This document shows positions 36,435-46,775 of a stretch of 64,000 bases of DNA, one piece after another; position 1 is the stretch's first letter, and every line of letters begins with the position of its first letter. A program made the position numbers and the translations under genes. This DNA comes from Candidatus Woesearchaeota archaeon (GTDB lineage Archaea; Nanobdellota; Nanobdellia; Woesearchaeales; GW2011-AR4), in contig JAGVXT010000021.1 of the NCBI GenBank assembly GCA_018303655.1, positions 18,811-82,810 on the forward strand. The letters are read 5' to 3'. The notes below the pieces were generated by a model. The model saw only the letters and a program-made list of their open reading frames with translations, was not told where the DNA came from and ran no database searches.

Positions 36435-37175
36435 TTAATTTTTTGCAGTTTTTGTAATGAAGAAGTAAATTCTTTCCTTGCCTTTATAGAGCTTGAAAAC
36501 AGGCACAAGCAGCTTCAGGGCTGTCCTGCTTGGCAGCTTGGTGAGGATATTCTTGTCAAGCAGATTCAGATAATATGCCAGCCTGGGATGTGTCCCGTAT
36601 TCTGTCCTTAGGGTGTAATTATCATTTTTACTTAAAAAACTGTTTATTTCATCAATGTCGGGGGAGCCTTTGACCTTTATGTCATGGATGCCCTTGGATA
36701 TCGTGCCAGTTTTGTTCCATTTGCTTAATATTTTTTTATGCCACTTGTGAAGCCCGAAAATGGTGGTAAACGCGACATATTTTTTTGAAACCCTGTACAT
36801 TTCCTCCAGAGTTCTTCTTCTTTTCCCGCTTGGAAGGTGCTCGTAGCAGTCAGTTGATATCACAACATCAAACTCGTTATTTTTGAATGGGAATTTTTCA
36901 ACAGCCGAGTGCTTTAATTGCTTTAGGTACGGGCTTGGCTTGCCATGAAATTGTATGTCTATTCCTGTGACGGGAGTTTTTATGAATTTGGTGATTCCGG
37001 CACCTCCTGAGCCTATCTCCAGAATTCTTAAGTTTTTATTTTCCTTCTTGAGTTTTTTTACGAAGTTAACGATAGGCCGGTTTCTTAAAACCTGGTTTAC
37101 AGGTATAGCTAGCATTGAATCATAGCTGAGCTTTTCCCTTAAAAAATTTTTTAGATTCATTTCAAGGACTATCAA
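36435..37175 (-). CDS. class I SAM-dependent methyltransferase
   Basis: Motif I ILEIGSGGAGIT. 246 aa. Confidence 0.65.
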   Translation of the reverse strand: MIVLEMNLKNFLREKLSYDSMLAIPVNQVLRNRPIVNFVKKLKKENKNLRILEIGSGGAGITKFIKTPVTGIDIQFHGKPSPYLKQLKHSAVEKFPFKNNEFDVVISTDCYEHLPSGKRRRTLEEMYRVSKKYVAFTTIFGLHKWHKKILSKWNKTGTISKGIHDIKVKGSPDIDEINSFLSKNDNYTLRTEYGTHPRLAYYLNLLDKNILTKLPSRTALKLLVPVFKLYKGKERIYFFITKTAKN

Positions 37176-37312
37176 TCATTAAAGTTTTATATATTTTATT
37201 TTTTAATTTTGACGTATATCTAATTTAATGTCCGGGTTGATTAGTATTATTTAAACCTTATTATTTGTTTTTGGGCATGGCCAACGCCCCACAAAACACT
37301 TAAATACAGAAA

Positions 37313-38422
37313 TTGTTTCTTTCTCCGCATATGAAAATACTGGTTTTTACAAGCAGGTACACTGCATCAAGGGACATAATCAGCGAGGACTTCGGAAGAC
37401 AAGTGAGGCTGTTTGAGCAGCTGGGAAAATTCGGGCATAAGATAGACTTTTTCTGCGTGGATTACAAAAAATTGGAAAACAAGGATACAAAGCTCCATGG
37501 CATGAATATTTTCATCAGGTCGTTCAAGCCTGCAGGATTTTTCAGCTTTTTATCGGATTTGAGGAAAGTAATAAGCAATAAAGATTACGACTTGGTCATC
37601 GCCACTTCTGACCCGTTGTGGGGCGTCATAGGCTATTTTTTATCAAAGAAGTGCAAAAAAAGATTTGTATATGACATACAGGACAACTATTTAGTCTATA
37701 AAAGCTACAAGCTGCCGTTTTTCGGGTTCTTTGAGAGGTATGTGACGAGAAACTCTGATTTGGTCATATGCGCAAGCGACATTTTGGCAAATAATGCAAA
37801 AAAAATAAGGAAAAAGAAAACTGTGACAATACCAAACGGCGTTGACACAAAAATTTTCAGGCCTTTGGACAAGGCAGATTCCAGGAGAAGGCTAAGGCTG
37901 CCTATTGATGCCAAAATAATATCCTACATAGGTTCCATACAGAAAATACAGGGAATGGATATATTGATAAAAGCTTATGAAGAGTTGAGGAAGGAAATAA
38001 AAAATATCAACTTGCTGGTTGCCGGAAGAGTCGGAACCGTCTTCAGGGAAAATTTTGATTTTAACAAGGAAGGCATTATATATCTAGGCTCGCTGCCGCA
38101 AAAAAAAGTTGTTTATGCCATTAACGCCTCTGATGTATTGGTGATTCCCTATCCCAAAAACATCTTTACAGATGTCATGTTTGCGCCTTACAAGATTGTG
38201 GAATTCATGGCCTGCAACAGGCCTATCGTGATTACAGATGCAGGGGAAATGCACAGGCACATAAAAAACAAAAAAATGATTGCAAAGGCCGGAAATATTG
38301 GGGACTTAAAGGAAAAAATAAAGTATGCCCTCAAATTGGAAAAATCCAATTCCAGAAATGCAGCAATGAAGTTTGACTGGAAGAATATTGCGAGAAAGCT
38401 GAATAAGGCTATAAAAGAATGA
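37313..38422 (+). CDS. glycosyltransferase family 4
   Basis: GT-B C-terminal domain. ...EFMACNRPIVITDAGE... matches the GT4 E-x7-E region. Confidence 0.7.
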   Translation: MFLSPHMKILVFTSRYTASRDIISEDFGRQVRLFEQLGKFGHKIDFFCVDYKKLENKDTKLHGMNIFIRSFKPAGFFSFLSDLRKVISNKDYDLVIATSDPLWGVIGYFLSKKCKKRFVYDIQDNYLVYKSYKLPFFGFFERYVTRNSDLVICASDILANNAKKIRKKKTVTIPNGVDTKIFRPLDKADSRRRLRLPIDAKIISYIGSIQKIQGMDILIKAYEELRKEIKNINLLVAGRVGTVFRENFDFNKEGIIYLGSLPQKKVVYAINASDVLVIPYPKNIFTDVMFAPYKIVEFMACNRPIVITDAGEMHRHIKNKKMIAKAGNIGDLKEKIKYALKLEKSNSRNAAMKFDWKNIARKLNKAIKE

Positions 38423-38469
38423 AATAATAATCTTTATAAGCTGTTATAGGCTTCTTAAGAGCGATTTAA

Positions 38470-39498
38470 ATGTTGAATATTGGCGTTATAGGGTGCGGCT
38501 ATTGGGGTCCGAATTTAGTGAGAAATTTCAGTCAGATTAAGGAATGCAATGTTCTATGGTGCTCTGACTTAAGCGATGACCGGCTTCAGCAGATAAAAGA
38601 AATTTATCCAAGAGTAAAAACCACAAAAAACTACATGGAGGTTATAGAAGATAAAAATGTTGATGCTGTTGCAATTGCAACCCCTGTTTCCACACATTTT
38701 GAACTTGCAAAAACAGCATTGCAAAACAACAAGCATGTGCTTGTTGAGAAGCCTTTGGCTGACAACTCAGAACACGCCAAGGAACTGATAGAAATAGCTG
38801 AGAAAAACAAGAAGATTATGATGGTTGACCATACATTTGAGTATGCATCTGCAATAAACAAGATAAAAGGAGTACTGGAGGCTGGGGAGCTTGGGAAGCT
38901 CTTTACAATTGACATGATCAGGGTGAACCTTGGATTGTTCCAAAAGGATATCAATGTTGTATGGGACCTGGCGCCGCATGACATATCCATATTGCTCTTT
39001 TTATTGGGAAGAATGCCAACAAGCGTCAAGGCTGATGGAATGGCTTACATTTTGGAAAATATAGAAGATGATGCGCATATAACCTTGAAATTTCCGGATA
39101 AAATAACAACGCATATGCATGTAAGCTGGCTGGACCCGCTAAAAATAAGAAAAACCACAATAGTCGGAAATAAAAAAATGCTTGTTTATGACGACACTGA
39201 GCAGACAGAAAAAATAAAAATATTTGACAAAGGAGTGACTTTGGAGAAAAATAATCTTCCAAAAGACGAGTATTATGCCACCTGGGAAGAATTCAGGCTG
39301 GTTTACAGGAGAGGCGAAGCCAAAGTCCCTGTTTTGGACAATAAGGAGCCTTTGAATGTCATGTGCAGGCATTTTGCGGAATGTATCAAAAATAATAAAA
39401 AGCCGCTAAGCGACGGGCTTTCAGGCTTGAGGGTTGTTCAGGTTATAGAGGCCATACAGGAATCCCTCAGAAGCAAGGGCAAAGATGTTTTTCTTTAG
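38470..39498 (+). CDS. Gfo/Idh/MocA oxidoreductase (WbpB-like UDP-sugar 3-dehydrogenase candidate)
   Basis: MLNIGVIGCGYWGPNLVRNF. Followed by the acetyltransferase and aminotransferase genes, in the wbpB/D/E order. Confidence 0.75.
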   Translation: MLNIGVIGCGYWGPNLVRNFSQIKECNVLWCSDLSDDRLQQIKEIYPRVKTTKNYMEVIEDKNVDAVAIATPVSTHFELAKTALQNNKHVLVEKPLADNSEHAKELIEIAEKNKKIMMVDHTFEYASAINKIKGVLEAGELGKLFTIDMIRVNLGLFQKDINVVWDLAPHDISILLFLLGRMPTSVKADGMAYILENIEDDAHITLKFPDKITTHMHVSWLDPLKIRKTTIVGNKKMLVYDDTEQTEKIKIFDKGVTLEKNNLPKDEYYATWEEFRLVYRRGEAKVPVLDNKEPLNVMCRHFAECIKNNKKPLSDGLSGLRVVQVIEAIQESLRSKGKDVFL

Positions 39499-39527
39499 CG
39501 AATAAAGCAAATTTTTTAAACTGAATT

Positions 39528-40016
39528 GTGCAACCAACAAAAATGGGACACAGCATAATAGACAAGGTTAAGCTGGGAAAGAATGTGCAGATATACAATT
39601 TCGCAAACATATACGGCTGCGAGATAGGCGACAACACAAAGATAGGAAGTTATGTGGAAATAAGGGAGAATGTTAAAATAGGAAAAAACTGCAAAATACA
39701 GGCTTTTGCGTTCTTGCCACAGGGCGTCATTCTGGAAGATGAGGTTTTTATTGGGCCTCATGCATGCTTTATTAACGACAAAATACCAAGGGCCGCAGTA
39801 AAAGGCAAGTTAAAGCAGATAGGTAAGGATTGGAAGCCGCTGGCAACAATAGTTAAAAAAGGGGCTTCCATAGGCGCTAATGCAACTATACTTGGGGGAA
39901 TTACAATTGGAGAGAACTCCATTGTAGGAGCCGGGTCTGTTGTGACTAAAGATGTTCCAGATAATGTAATTGTTGCGGGAAATCCTGCCAGAATATTAAA
40001 AAAATTAGGCAAATAA
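39528..40016 (+). CDS. hexapeptide-repeat (LbH) sugar N-acetyltransferase (WbpD/PglD-like)
   Basis: Tandem [LIV]-G-x4 hexapeptides ([25 protein letters not shown]...[25 protein letters not shown]). Confidence 0.75.
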   Translation: MQPTKMGHSIIDKVKLGKNVQIYNFANIYGCEIGDNTKIGSYVEIRENVKIGKNCKIQAFAFLPQGVILEDEVFIGPHACFINDKIPRAAVKGKLKQIGKDWKPLATIVKKGASIGANATILGGITIGENSIVGAGSVVTKDVPDNVIVAGNPARILKKLGK

Positions 40017-40017
40017 A

Positions 40018-41124
40018 ATGCAAATCCCCCTTGTTGATTTAAAAAAGCAATATCTAAGCATAAAAGATGAGATCGATTCCGCTATACAGGAAGTGCTGGA
40101 CAATACAGCATTTATACTTGGAAAAAAGGTCGAAGATTTTGAAGGGAAATTTGCAAGGCTGTGCAATGCAAAGCACTGCGTTGGCGTAAATAACGGAACT
40201 TCTGCATTAAGGCTGGCTCTCCTTGCACTTGGCATCAAAGCTGGCGATGAAGTTATAACAACGCCATTTACATTTATAGCAACAGCAGAGGCAATCTCCC
40301 ATATTGGAGCCAGTCCGGTTTTTGTTGATATAGACGAAAAAACTTATTGCATTGACCCGGAAAAAATAAGGGAAAAAATAACAAAAAAAACCAAAGCCAT
40401 AATTCCTGTTCATTTATTCGGCCAGTCTGCAGATATGGATCCTATACTCGAAATCGCAAAAAAGCACAACTTAAAAGTCATAGAAGATGCTGCCCAAGCC
40501 CATAATGCGCTGTATAAGGATAAAAAAGCCGGCTCTATGGGTGATGCAAGCTGCTTTTCATTTTACCCCGGCAAGAACCTGGGAGCATATGGGGAAGCTG
40601 GCGCTGTATGCACCAATAATAAAGAAATTGCAAAAGAGCTTGTCTTGCTGAGGCAGCATGGAGAGCTGACAAGATATTATCATGACATAATAGGCGACAA
40701 CTGCAGAATGGAGGCAATTCAGGGCGCTGTGCTTGGAGTGAAGATAAAATACATAGAGGAATGGACTGAAAAAAGAAGAAAAAATGCGGAACACTACAAT
40801 AAATTACTGAAAGAATCCGGTATAGCGTTGCCTTACGAGGCAGATTATGCAAGGCACGTTTATCATATTTATGCAATAAGGTTAAAAAACAGGGACATGC
40901 TGAGAGAGTTTCTTGGAAAAAACGGCGTATCCGCAGGAATACACTACCCTATTCCGGTTCATCTGCAGAAGGCTTATTCCTTTATGGGCATGAAGAAAGG
41001 CTCATTCCCAGTATCTGAAAAAGTTGCTGGCGAAATTCTATCCCTTCCGATGTATCCGGAGCTTTCAGAAGAGCAGATGGAGTACGTCTCAAATAGTATA
41101 AATGATTTCATCAAAAATGCGTAA
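40018..41124 (+). CDS. DegT/DnrJ/EryC1/StrS family sugar aminotransferase (WbpE/PglE-like)
   Basis: Fold-type I sugar aminotransferase pattern, including the SFYPGKNLGAYGEAGAV (catalytic Lys) region. 368 aa. Confidence 0.85.
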   Translation: MQIPLVDLKKQYLSIKDEIDSAIQEVLDNTAFILGKKVEDFEGKFARLCNAKHCVGVNNGTSALRLALLALGIKAGDEVITTPFTFIATAEAISHIGASPVFVDIDEKTYCIDPEKIREKITKKTKAIIPVHLFGQSADMDPILEIAKKHNLKVIEDAAQAHNALYKDKKAGSMGDASCFSFYPGKNLGAYGEAGAVCTNNKEIAKELVLLRQHGELTRYYHDIIGDNCRMEAIQGAVLGVKIKYIEEWTEKRRKNAEHYNKLLKESGIALPYEADYARHVYHIYAIRLKNRDMLREFLGKNGVSAGIHYPIPVHLQKAYSFMGMKKGSFPVSEKVAGEILSLPMYPELSEEQMEYVSNSINDFIKNA

Positions 41125-41126
41125 AA

Positions 41127-41723
41127 ATGCTGAAATTTTTCATTAAAGCCGTAACAAGAATTCTCTCCACTGATTTTTTTGCAAAGCTTCTGTTTGGGAT
41201 TGACTGCAGCAAAAGCACAGCTGGCTATCAGATAGGATTTTCAACAATTCTGATGAAAAAGGCGCTTAAAAAACTTGTAAAAAGCAATGACAAGGTGCTT
41301 GACATCGGCACTGGCGCATTGGCCATACACGGCATCTGGATAAGAAAGAATATTGGCGCTGATGTGGTTGCTACTGAGATAAGCGATAAATATATAGAAA
41401 GCGCGAAAAAGGTTGCAAAATATAATAATATTAACATCAAGATACTAAAATCAGACCTGTTCAAAGGGATAAAAGGCAGATTTGACTGGGTTATATTCAA
41501 TCCGCCATTCAGAAACAGGAAAGATTCCAACGGGTACAGGATAGTTGAAAGGCTTCTGAAGGATGCCCCGGAAAACACAAGGCTGATGATTGTTGTAAAT
41601 GCCTTTTACGCAAACCAAAAAAGGATTGAAGAAACCATTAAGAATAATGACTATGCGATAAAAGATACCATAACAAAATTTCTTAATCCGTCAAAAGTCT
41701 ATATAGTTGAAAAACAGGCTTAG
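41127..41723 (+). CDS. class I SAM methyltransferase with NPPF motif (HemK/RsmC-like small MTase domain)
   Basis: VLDIGTGALAIHG (motif I) and VIFNPPF (motif IV). Confidence 0.6.
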   Translation: MLKFFIKAVTRILSTDFFAKLLFGIDCSKSTAGYQIGFSTILMKKALKKLVKSNDKVLDIGTGALAIHGIWIRKNIGADVVATEISDKYIESAKKVAKYNNINIKILKSDLFKGIKGRFDWVIFNPPFRNRKDSNGYRIVERLLKDAPENTRLMIVVNAFYANQKRIEETIKNNDYAIKDTITKFLNPSKVYIVEKQA

Positions 41724-43909
41724 GATATTACCACGCGCTTTGCATTAGAAGGTATACCATACATAATTAGGTTCTTTCCAATAGGTTTGTATTGAACATC
41801 TGCATAATTTTTATTGTCTGTGGTGAACTGCATTTTATTTATTTTTTTCCTTATATGCTGCATTAAGGTGATGTCGGTATAAAAATAATTAGGCAGATTA
41901 TTTTCCAGCTCTATTGAAAACCTGCTTCCCTGCTTTTTTACCCTGCTTATAGCCAATGTTTCCCTTGCTTTATAGTATTTTATTATATCATCAGCGCTGG
42001 CAAACCATACGTCACTGTATTTCTGGAAGAAGTTAAACATGCCAGTAACGAATTTTGGGCATTCTTTATCATATTCCGGAACATGCCCTGATATAATCAT
42101 GTAGTCGCAGCCGCTTCTGTATCTTCTGATGAACTCTTGCCTGACCTTGGTGCAGTTTTTTTTATCAAACATCTCCCCTATGCAAACTCCCCAGAAAAGC
42201 TTTGCAGGAAGGAAAAAATCCAAAGGGGCATTAGGAATAGGCCATTCTCTTATCCATTGGATATACTTTGAGGCTGAAAATGCAACTTTCTCCATAGTGC
42301 CTTTTTCAGTTGCAATGCCGTATGGGGCAGCATAGGAAAAAACATGGGACAATGGGATTTCATTGCGCCATTTGCCAATCCATATTCTCTCAGAGCTTTG
42401 TATTTCGCTTGTTATCGCATCTGCATCGAGCCTGTAAATTCTTGGATGCGTATTTGTATGCAATAAATATGACAAATCCTTATTTTGAAATCTTTTTCTC
42501 AACGGCTTGCCTATTCCTAAAAAGCAAAATAAGGTGCTTAATAATGTCGAGAGCAAAGGATATTCTTTCAGATAAAATATTCTATTGCCGATATAGCAAA
42601 AGCGGTGATAGCCTATTCCCAAAGTCCTTGTGGCTATTGCCATTTGAACCCATCTCGGCATTTTTCCTTTTGCCCTGTAAAGGTAATCGTTTATCTTTGC
42701 GTCATCGGTGATTGCGTTAAATGCCATTTTTTTATTTGACTTCCATCTTGTTATGTAGGCGTTTGAAACAGGTTCTGAGCTCAGATGCACAATATTTCTT
42801 GTCTTAGGCTGGTAAGAGAAAATAGAAGCTATATCATCTATATTTTTTTTTTCAGTGTCAAAGTACATTCCTATTTTCCAGTAGGCTCTTAATGAATGTG
42901 CTGGATAATACCCCTGCGGCTTTCCGGTATACTCTTTTTTGTCAATCTGTTGCCAGTAAGGCCTTTTTGGCTCTGACATTGAATGCCAACTGGCTCCGAA
43001 GAAATTCTTTCCTTTTTCCATGTGAATTCCGTCATTCGGCAGCGCCAGATAAGGGCACATTGCAAAAAATGCATTTTTATCTTTAAAGCAGGCATAGTAA
43101 GGATGTTTTAATGTTGTTATATTTCCCCCATCCGTTTTATTTGAATAAAAAGAATTGGTAGATAATTCTTTATGGATATTATCAAGCCTGAACCAAACCA
43201 AAGAGTTCAGAAATTCAACCTTGTTTCCATCCATGTCCTTTGCTTTGTCGTATTCCATCTCTATCTCTGCTTTTGCAATCATATTTTTGCCGTTGGAGCT
43301 CCAGAAATAATATGTTATTGCTATCGGCAAATATCCTTCCTTTGCGCATTTGTTTCCAAAAATCTTCATTGTTCCGCTTATTTTAATTATCTTGATGATG
43401 TTGGAATCAGAAATAATGCTGAAGTTTGTATCTTGCATGTATTTTTGGAGAAATAAATTTCCTCCGGAAGTGACTAATTGCAGAGGCCCGTACTCATTTT
43501 TATTGATTTTTATTTTTTCTATAGAATAGCCGTTTTTTTCAAATAGAATTGATATTTTTTTTGTTGAAATAGCAAGATAAGAATTATTTTTCATTTCAAT
43601 TTTTTTTTTAGGAATTGCATATTTGCTTGGATTTTTTGATATACTATAAAAAATCCGGATGTATTTTATATTGCTTCTATTCGCTATGATTGCTATATTA
43701 TTTTGACTTATATTATTGGAATAATTCAATTTTTGGGCATAATCTTCCTTGTCTATTAAATCAAACAGCAGTTCTCTGCCGTTGTTGTCAAGAACCTTTA
43801 TGCTGCCAAAATCCGTATTCTCAGGAAATTTCAATTCATCAAAACTTACCAATAATAAAGAATTTTTAATTATTGGATAAACATTTAAAATTATACTTTC
43901 TTTTTTCAT
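41720..43909 (-). CDS. large hypothetical protein (729 aa), possibly glycan-modifying hydrolase/deacetylase-like
   Basis: No decisive motif. The C-terminal ...ISGHVPEYD...VWFASADDIIKYY loosely resembles deacetylase-type barrels and the C-terminus of the 15432-16982 protein. Confidence 0.3.
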   Translation of the reverse strand: MKKESIILNVYPIIKNSLLLVSFDELKFPENTDFGSIKVLDNNGRELLFDLIDKEDYAQKLNYSNNISQNNIAIIANRSNIKYIRIFYSISKNPSKYAIPKKKIEMKNNSYLAISTKKISILFEKNGYSIEKIKINKNEYGPLQLVTSGGNLFLQKYMQDTNFSIISDSNIIKIIKISGTMKIFGNKCAKEGYLPIAITYYFWSSNGKNMIAKAEIEMEYDKAKDMDGNKVEFLNSLVWFRLDNIHKELSTNSFYSNKTDGGNITTLKHPYYACFKDKNAFFAMCPYLALPNDGIHMEKGKNFFGASWHSMSEPKRPYWQQIDKKEYTGKPQGYYPAHSLRAYWKIGMYFDTEKKNIDDIASIFSYQPKTRNIVHLSSEPVSNAYITRWKSNKKMAFNAITDDAKINDYLYRAKGKMPRWVQMAIATRTLGIGYHRFCYIGNRIFYLKEYPLLSTLLSTLFCFLGIGKPLRKRFQNKDLSYLLHTNTHPRIYRLDADAITSEIQSSERIWIGKWRNEIPLSHVFSYAAPYGIATEKGTMEKVAFSASKYIQWIREWPIPNAPLDFFLPAKLFWGVCIGEMFDKKNCTKVRQEFIRRYRSGCDYMIISGHVPEYDKECPKFVTGMFNFFQKYSDVWFASADDIIKYYKARETLAISRVKKQGSRFSIELENNLPNYFYTDITLMQHIRKKINKMQFTTDNKNYADVQYKPIGKNLIMYGIPSNAKRVVIS

Positions 43910-45123
43910 TTTATTTGGGAAATTAATTCATTAAACTTTCTTCCTATCAAATCCCAGGAGTATATTTTTTTTACTTTCCTTTTGCCATTTAGTGCCAGGC
44001 TTTTCCTAAGCTTTTCATTATGCAATAATTTTATTATAGCAGCTGACAATTGCTTTGAATCTTTCTGCCTTACAAGAAGCCCAGTCTTGTTATTCTCTAA
44101 TATATCTGGGATTCCGCCGACATTGCTCCCTATTACACAAGTTCCTGATGCCAGCGCCTCAAGGAAGACAACTCCAAGCCCCTCCGTGTCGCCGCTTTCT
44201 GTAATTATGGACGGGCCTACAAATAAATCGGCAGTGGCGTAAAATTCCGGCAGATGCATGTTTTCCATTCCTCCGGCAAAGAGCACGTTTTTATCAAGCT
44301 TGAGCTTTTTTGTGAGAATTTCCAGGTTGCTTCTTTCCGGGCCATCCCCAACAACAACAAGCTTCGCTTCAGGAAATTCTTTCACAACATCTTTCATCGC
44401 CATTACAAGGTATTTAATTCCCTTTTTTTCAGCGAGCCTGCCTACGCTCAGGATAAGTTCTTTTTTTACACCAAGTTTTCTTCTTAAGCTTGTATTCCTG
44501 TTTTTCTGCGTGAATAGTTTCAGGTCAACGCCCATTGGAATTATATTTATTTTTTTTTGACCTGAGATTTTTTCCAATTCTTTTTTTGTATAACTGCTGT
44601 TCGCAGTGCAAAAATCCGAATTGCTCACAGCTAAATAGGAGAGGAATCTGAATAATCTGTTTTTCAGCGGAAAAACATCTCCGGCATGGGCTGTTACAAT
44701 ATAAGGAACTCCGAACATTTTTTTGCATAAATAAGCTAGAAAACCCTGGGGCACTGTCCAGTGCGCATGTATCACATTAATTTTCTCCTTTTTTATTAAT
44801 ATTATAGTATTAAAAAATTCAAAGGCAACAAGCAGCGGCAATTGAATGTAGGCAATTTTATATCTTTTTAAGTTTGCAAAAATCCCGCCTTCATAACAAA
44901 CCTTTTGCAGCTTGTACGGAAAGAAATAGCTGAACCTGTATATATTTACATTGTCAATAACTTCATGCTTCTTCGCTTTGTGGAAATGCGGCGCCAATGC
45001 AACTACCTTATGGCCATGGCTGGCCAACAGTCTGCTTAGCACAAAGACAAAATTCGGCTCCGTGTCATTCCTCCATCTAGGGAATGTCGTAGCTGTCACT
45101 AAGATGTTTTTATTGGACATCAA
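43906..45123 (-). CDS. glycosyltransferase family 4
   Basis: ...GVVFLEALASGTCVIGSNVGGIPDIL... is a canonical GT4 motif. Confidence 0.75.
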   Translation of the reverse strand: MMSNKNILVTATTFPRWRNDTEPNFVFVLSRLLASHGHKVVALAPHFHKAKKHEVIDNVNIYRFSYFFPYKLQKVCYEGGIFANLKRYKIAYIQLPLLVAFEFFNTIILIKKEKINVIHAHWTVPQGFLAYLCKKMFGVPYIVTAHAGDVFPLKNRLFRFLSYLAVSNSDFCTANSSYTKKELEKISGQKKINIIPMGVDLKLFTQKNRNTSLRRKLGVKKELILSVGRLAEKKGIKYLVMAMKDVVKEFPEAKLVVVGDGPERSNLEILTKKLKLDKNVLFAGGMENMHLPEFYATADLFVGPSIITESGDTEGLGVVFLEALASGTCVIGSNVGGIPDILENNKTGLLVRQKDSKQLSAAIIKLLHNEKLRKSLALNGKRKVKKIYSWDLIGRKFNELISQIK

Positions 45124-45162
45124 GTAAAGAATATAGTTATTTATTTAAAAAGCTTGTTAAGC

Positions 45163-46653
45163 CTAGGAAGCCAAGACATTTCTTAAGGTTTTATATACTT
45201 TAAGCTCCGGTGTAAAGGAAAAAAGTCCGTGCTTCCATCTGAATTCCAGCCATTTCATGGCTATCGAATAGGGAAGCTTGTTCCATTTGGGAAAAAGGTA
45301 TTTGAACCAGTCTGAGTTTAAGTATGATATCTGCTGTATGTTGTCCAGGTATTTCCTGTCTGTTTCGCACAGGCTAAAATTAACCAAAGTGCTTCCCCAA
45401 TAAAACTTTGACCATTCTTCAAAGCTTTTTGGCGGCTCAAAGCCGTGCTTTATGGCAAGCTCGTACAAGGGAGTTCCGGGATATGGTGTGTAGATGCCTA
45501 TTCCATGGACCTGGGCTCTTGAATTTTCTTCCTTCAGTTTGACCACCATCCTGCACGTCATCTCTATTTCCTCTTTGGTTTCTGTCGGGAAGCCCATCAT
45601 AAAGCTGTACATTGGAGCTATATTATATTTTTTAGTGTCCCTGTTTACCTCATACACCTGTTCTGCCGTATTCGGCTTGTCAATCATCTTGAGTATTCTG
45701 GGGCTTGCGCTCTCTATTCCAAACCTGAATGAGGAGCATCCTGATTTCACTACCTTTTCCTTTATTTCATTTGGCATTTTTGTGTATGTAAAAACCGTGA
45801 TGCCGGAGGAAGTCCACTTTACATCCATGTTTTCCTTTATCATCAAGTCTGCAACATTTTCAACTCTCTTTAAATCCACGAAATAATTATCGTCATGCGC
45901 CCAGATTCCGTCAACCTTGAAGTCATCTACCACCTGCTTGAACATCTCAAAAGTTTTGTCAGCAGGCATGCCCCTCCAGTACATCCTGTTGAAAAAAAGA
46001 TTGTAGCAAAAAGAGCATTTATGCGGGCATCCCCTGCTGGTCACGCCTATGTCAAGCATCCGCCTTACTTCCCCGTCAAACATCATGCTTCCCTCATTGA
46101 TGTACTTTTCAACATCCACAAGGTGCCATGGAGTTGGCTTTATCTCGGCAAGGTTCATCATCTTTTCATCAGGAGTGTGAATTTTTTTTCCGTTTTCCTT
46201 AAAGGAGATGCTGTTTATTTTTTTTAGGTCTTCCTTGTTTTTTAGTGAATTGACAAGCTTCCTGAAGTTTATGTCGCCTTCGCCTCTCACAATTATATCT
46301 ACATATTCATTCTCCAAAGTCTGGTCCGCAAGCATGCTTGCATGAACGCCGCCCCACACAAGCGGTATCGTGTTATCAGCCAAAGACCTGATGTATTTTG
46401 CAGTCTCCAGCCCGTAATTGATCGGCAGGCCTGTCATTGCAGATATGGCAATGCATACAGGCTGTTGGTTTACATAACTGGTAAGCTTGCTTTTCCAGTG
46501 GGGATCCACCCTCTGGTCCAGGATTTTTACATTATATTCATCAAGAAGCTCCGAGGCGATAGACATCAGGCTATGTGGCGGAGAGAAAGCTGTTTTTTTG
46601 TTGGTTTCCCCTCCGGATGGATAGATTAATACTACATCAACACTTTCTGCCAT
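45163..46653 (-). CDS. cobalamin-binding (class B) radical SAM protein
   Basis: B12-binding-like N-domain. RGCPHKCSFCYN. The likely start is the internal ATG at 46651-46653 (MAESVDVVLIYP); the ORF track extends to 46776. Confidence 0.8.
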   Translation of the reverse strand: MAESVDVVLIYPSGGETNKKTAFSPPHSLMSIASELLDEYNVKILDQRVDPHWKSKLTSYVNQQPVCIAISAMTGLPINYGLETAKYIRSLADNTIPLVWGGVHASMLADQTLENEYVDIIVRGEGDINFRKLVNSLKNKEDLKKINSISFKENGKKIHTPDEKMMNLAEIKPTPWHLVDVEKYINEGSMMFDGEVRRMLDIGVTSRGCPHKCSFCYNLFFNRMYWRGMPADKTFEMFKQVVDDFKVDGIWAHDDNYFVDLKRVENVADLMIKENMDVKWTSSGITVFTYTKMPNEIKEKVVKSGCSSFRFGIESASPRILKMIDKPNTAEQVYEVNRDTKKYNIAPMYSFMMGFPTETKEEIEMTCRMVVKLKEENSRAQVHGIGIYTPYPGTPLYELAIKHGFEPPKSFEEWSKFYWGSTLVNFSLCETDRKYLDNIQQISYLNSDWFKYLFPKWNKLPYSIAMKWLEFRWKHGLFSFTPELKVYKTLRNVLAS

Positions 46654-46775
46654 ATAACTCGCTCTATGGTCATTCTTTAATAGAGTTTCGTATTTAAAGT
46701 TTTCTAAAACCTGCTGCAGCTGGTGCCAGTGATAAAACCAAATCTTTAAATAAAAAGCAGTCGCTTCTTTGGGCA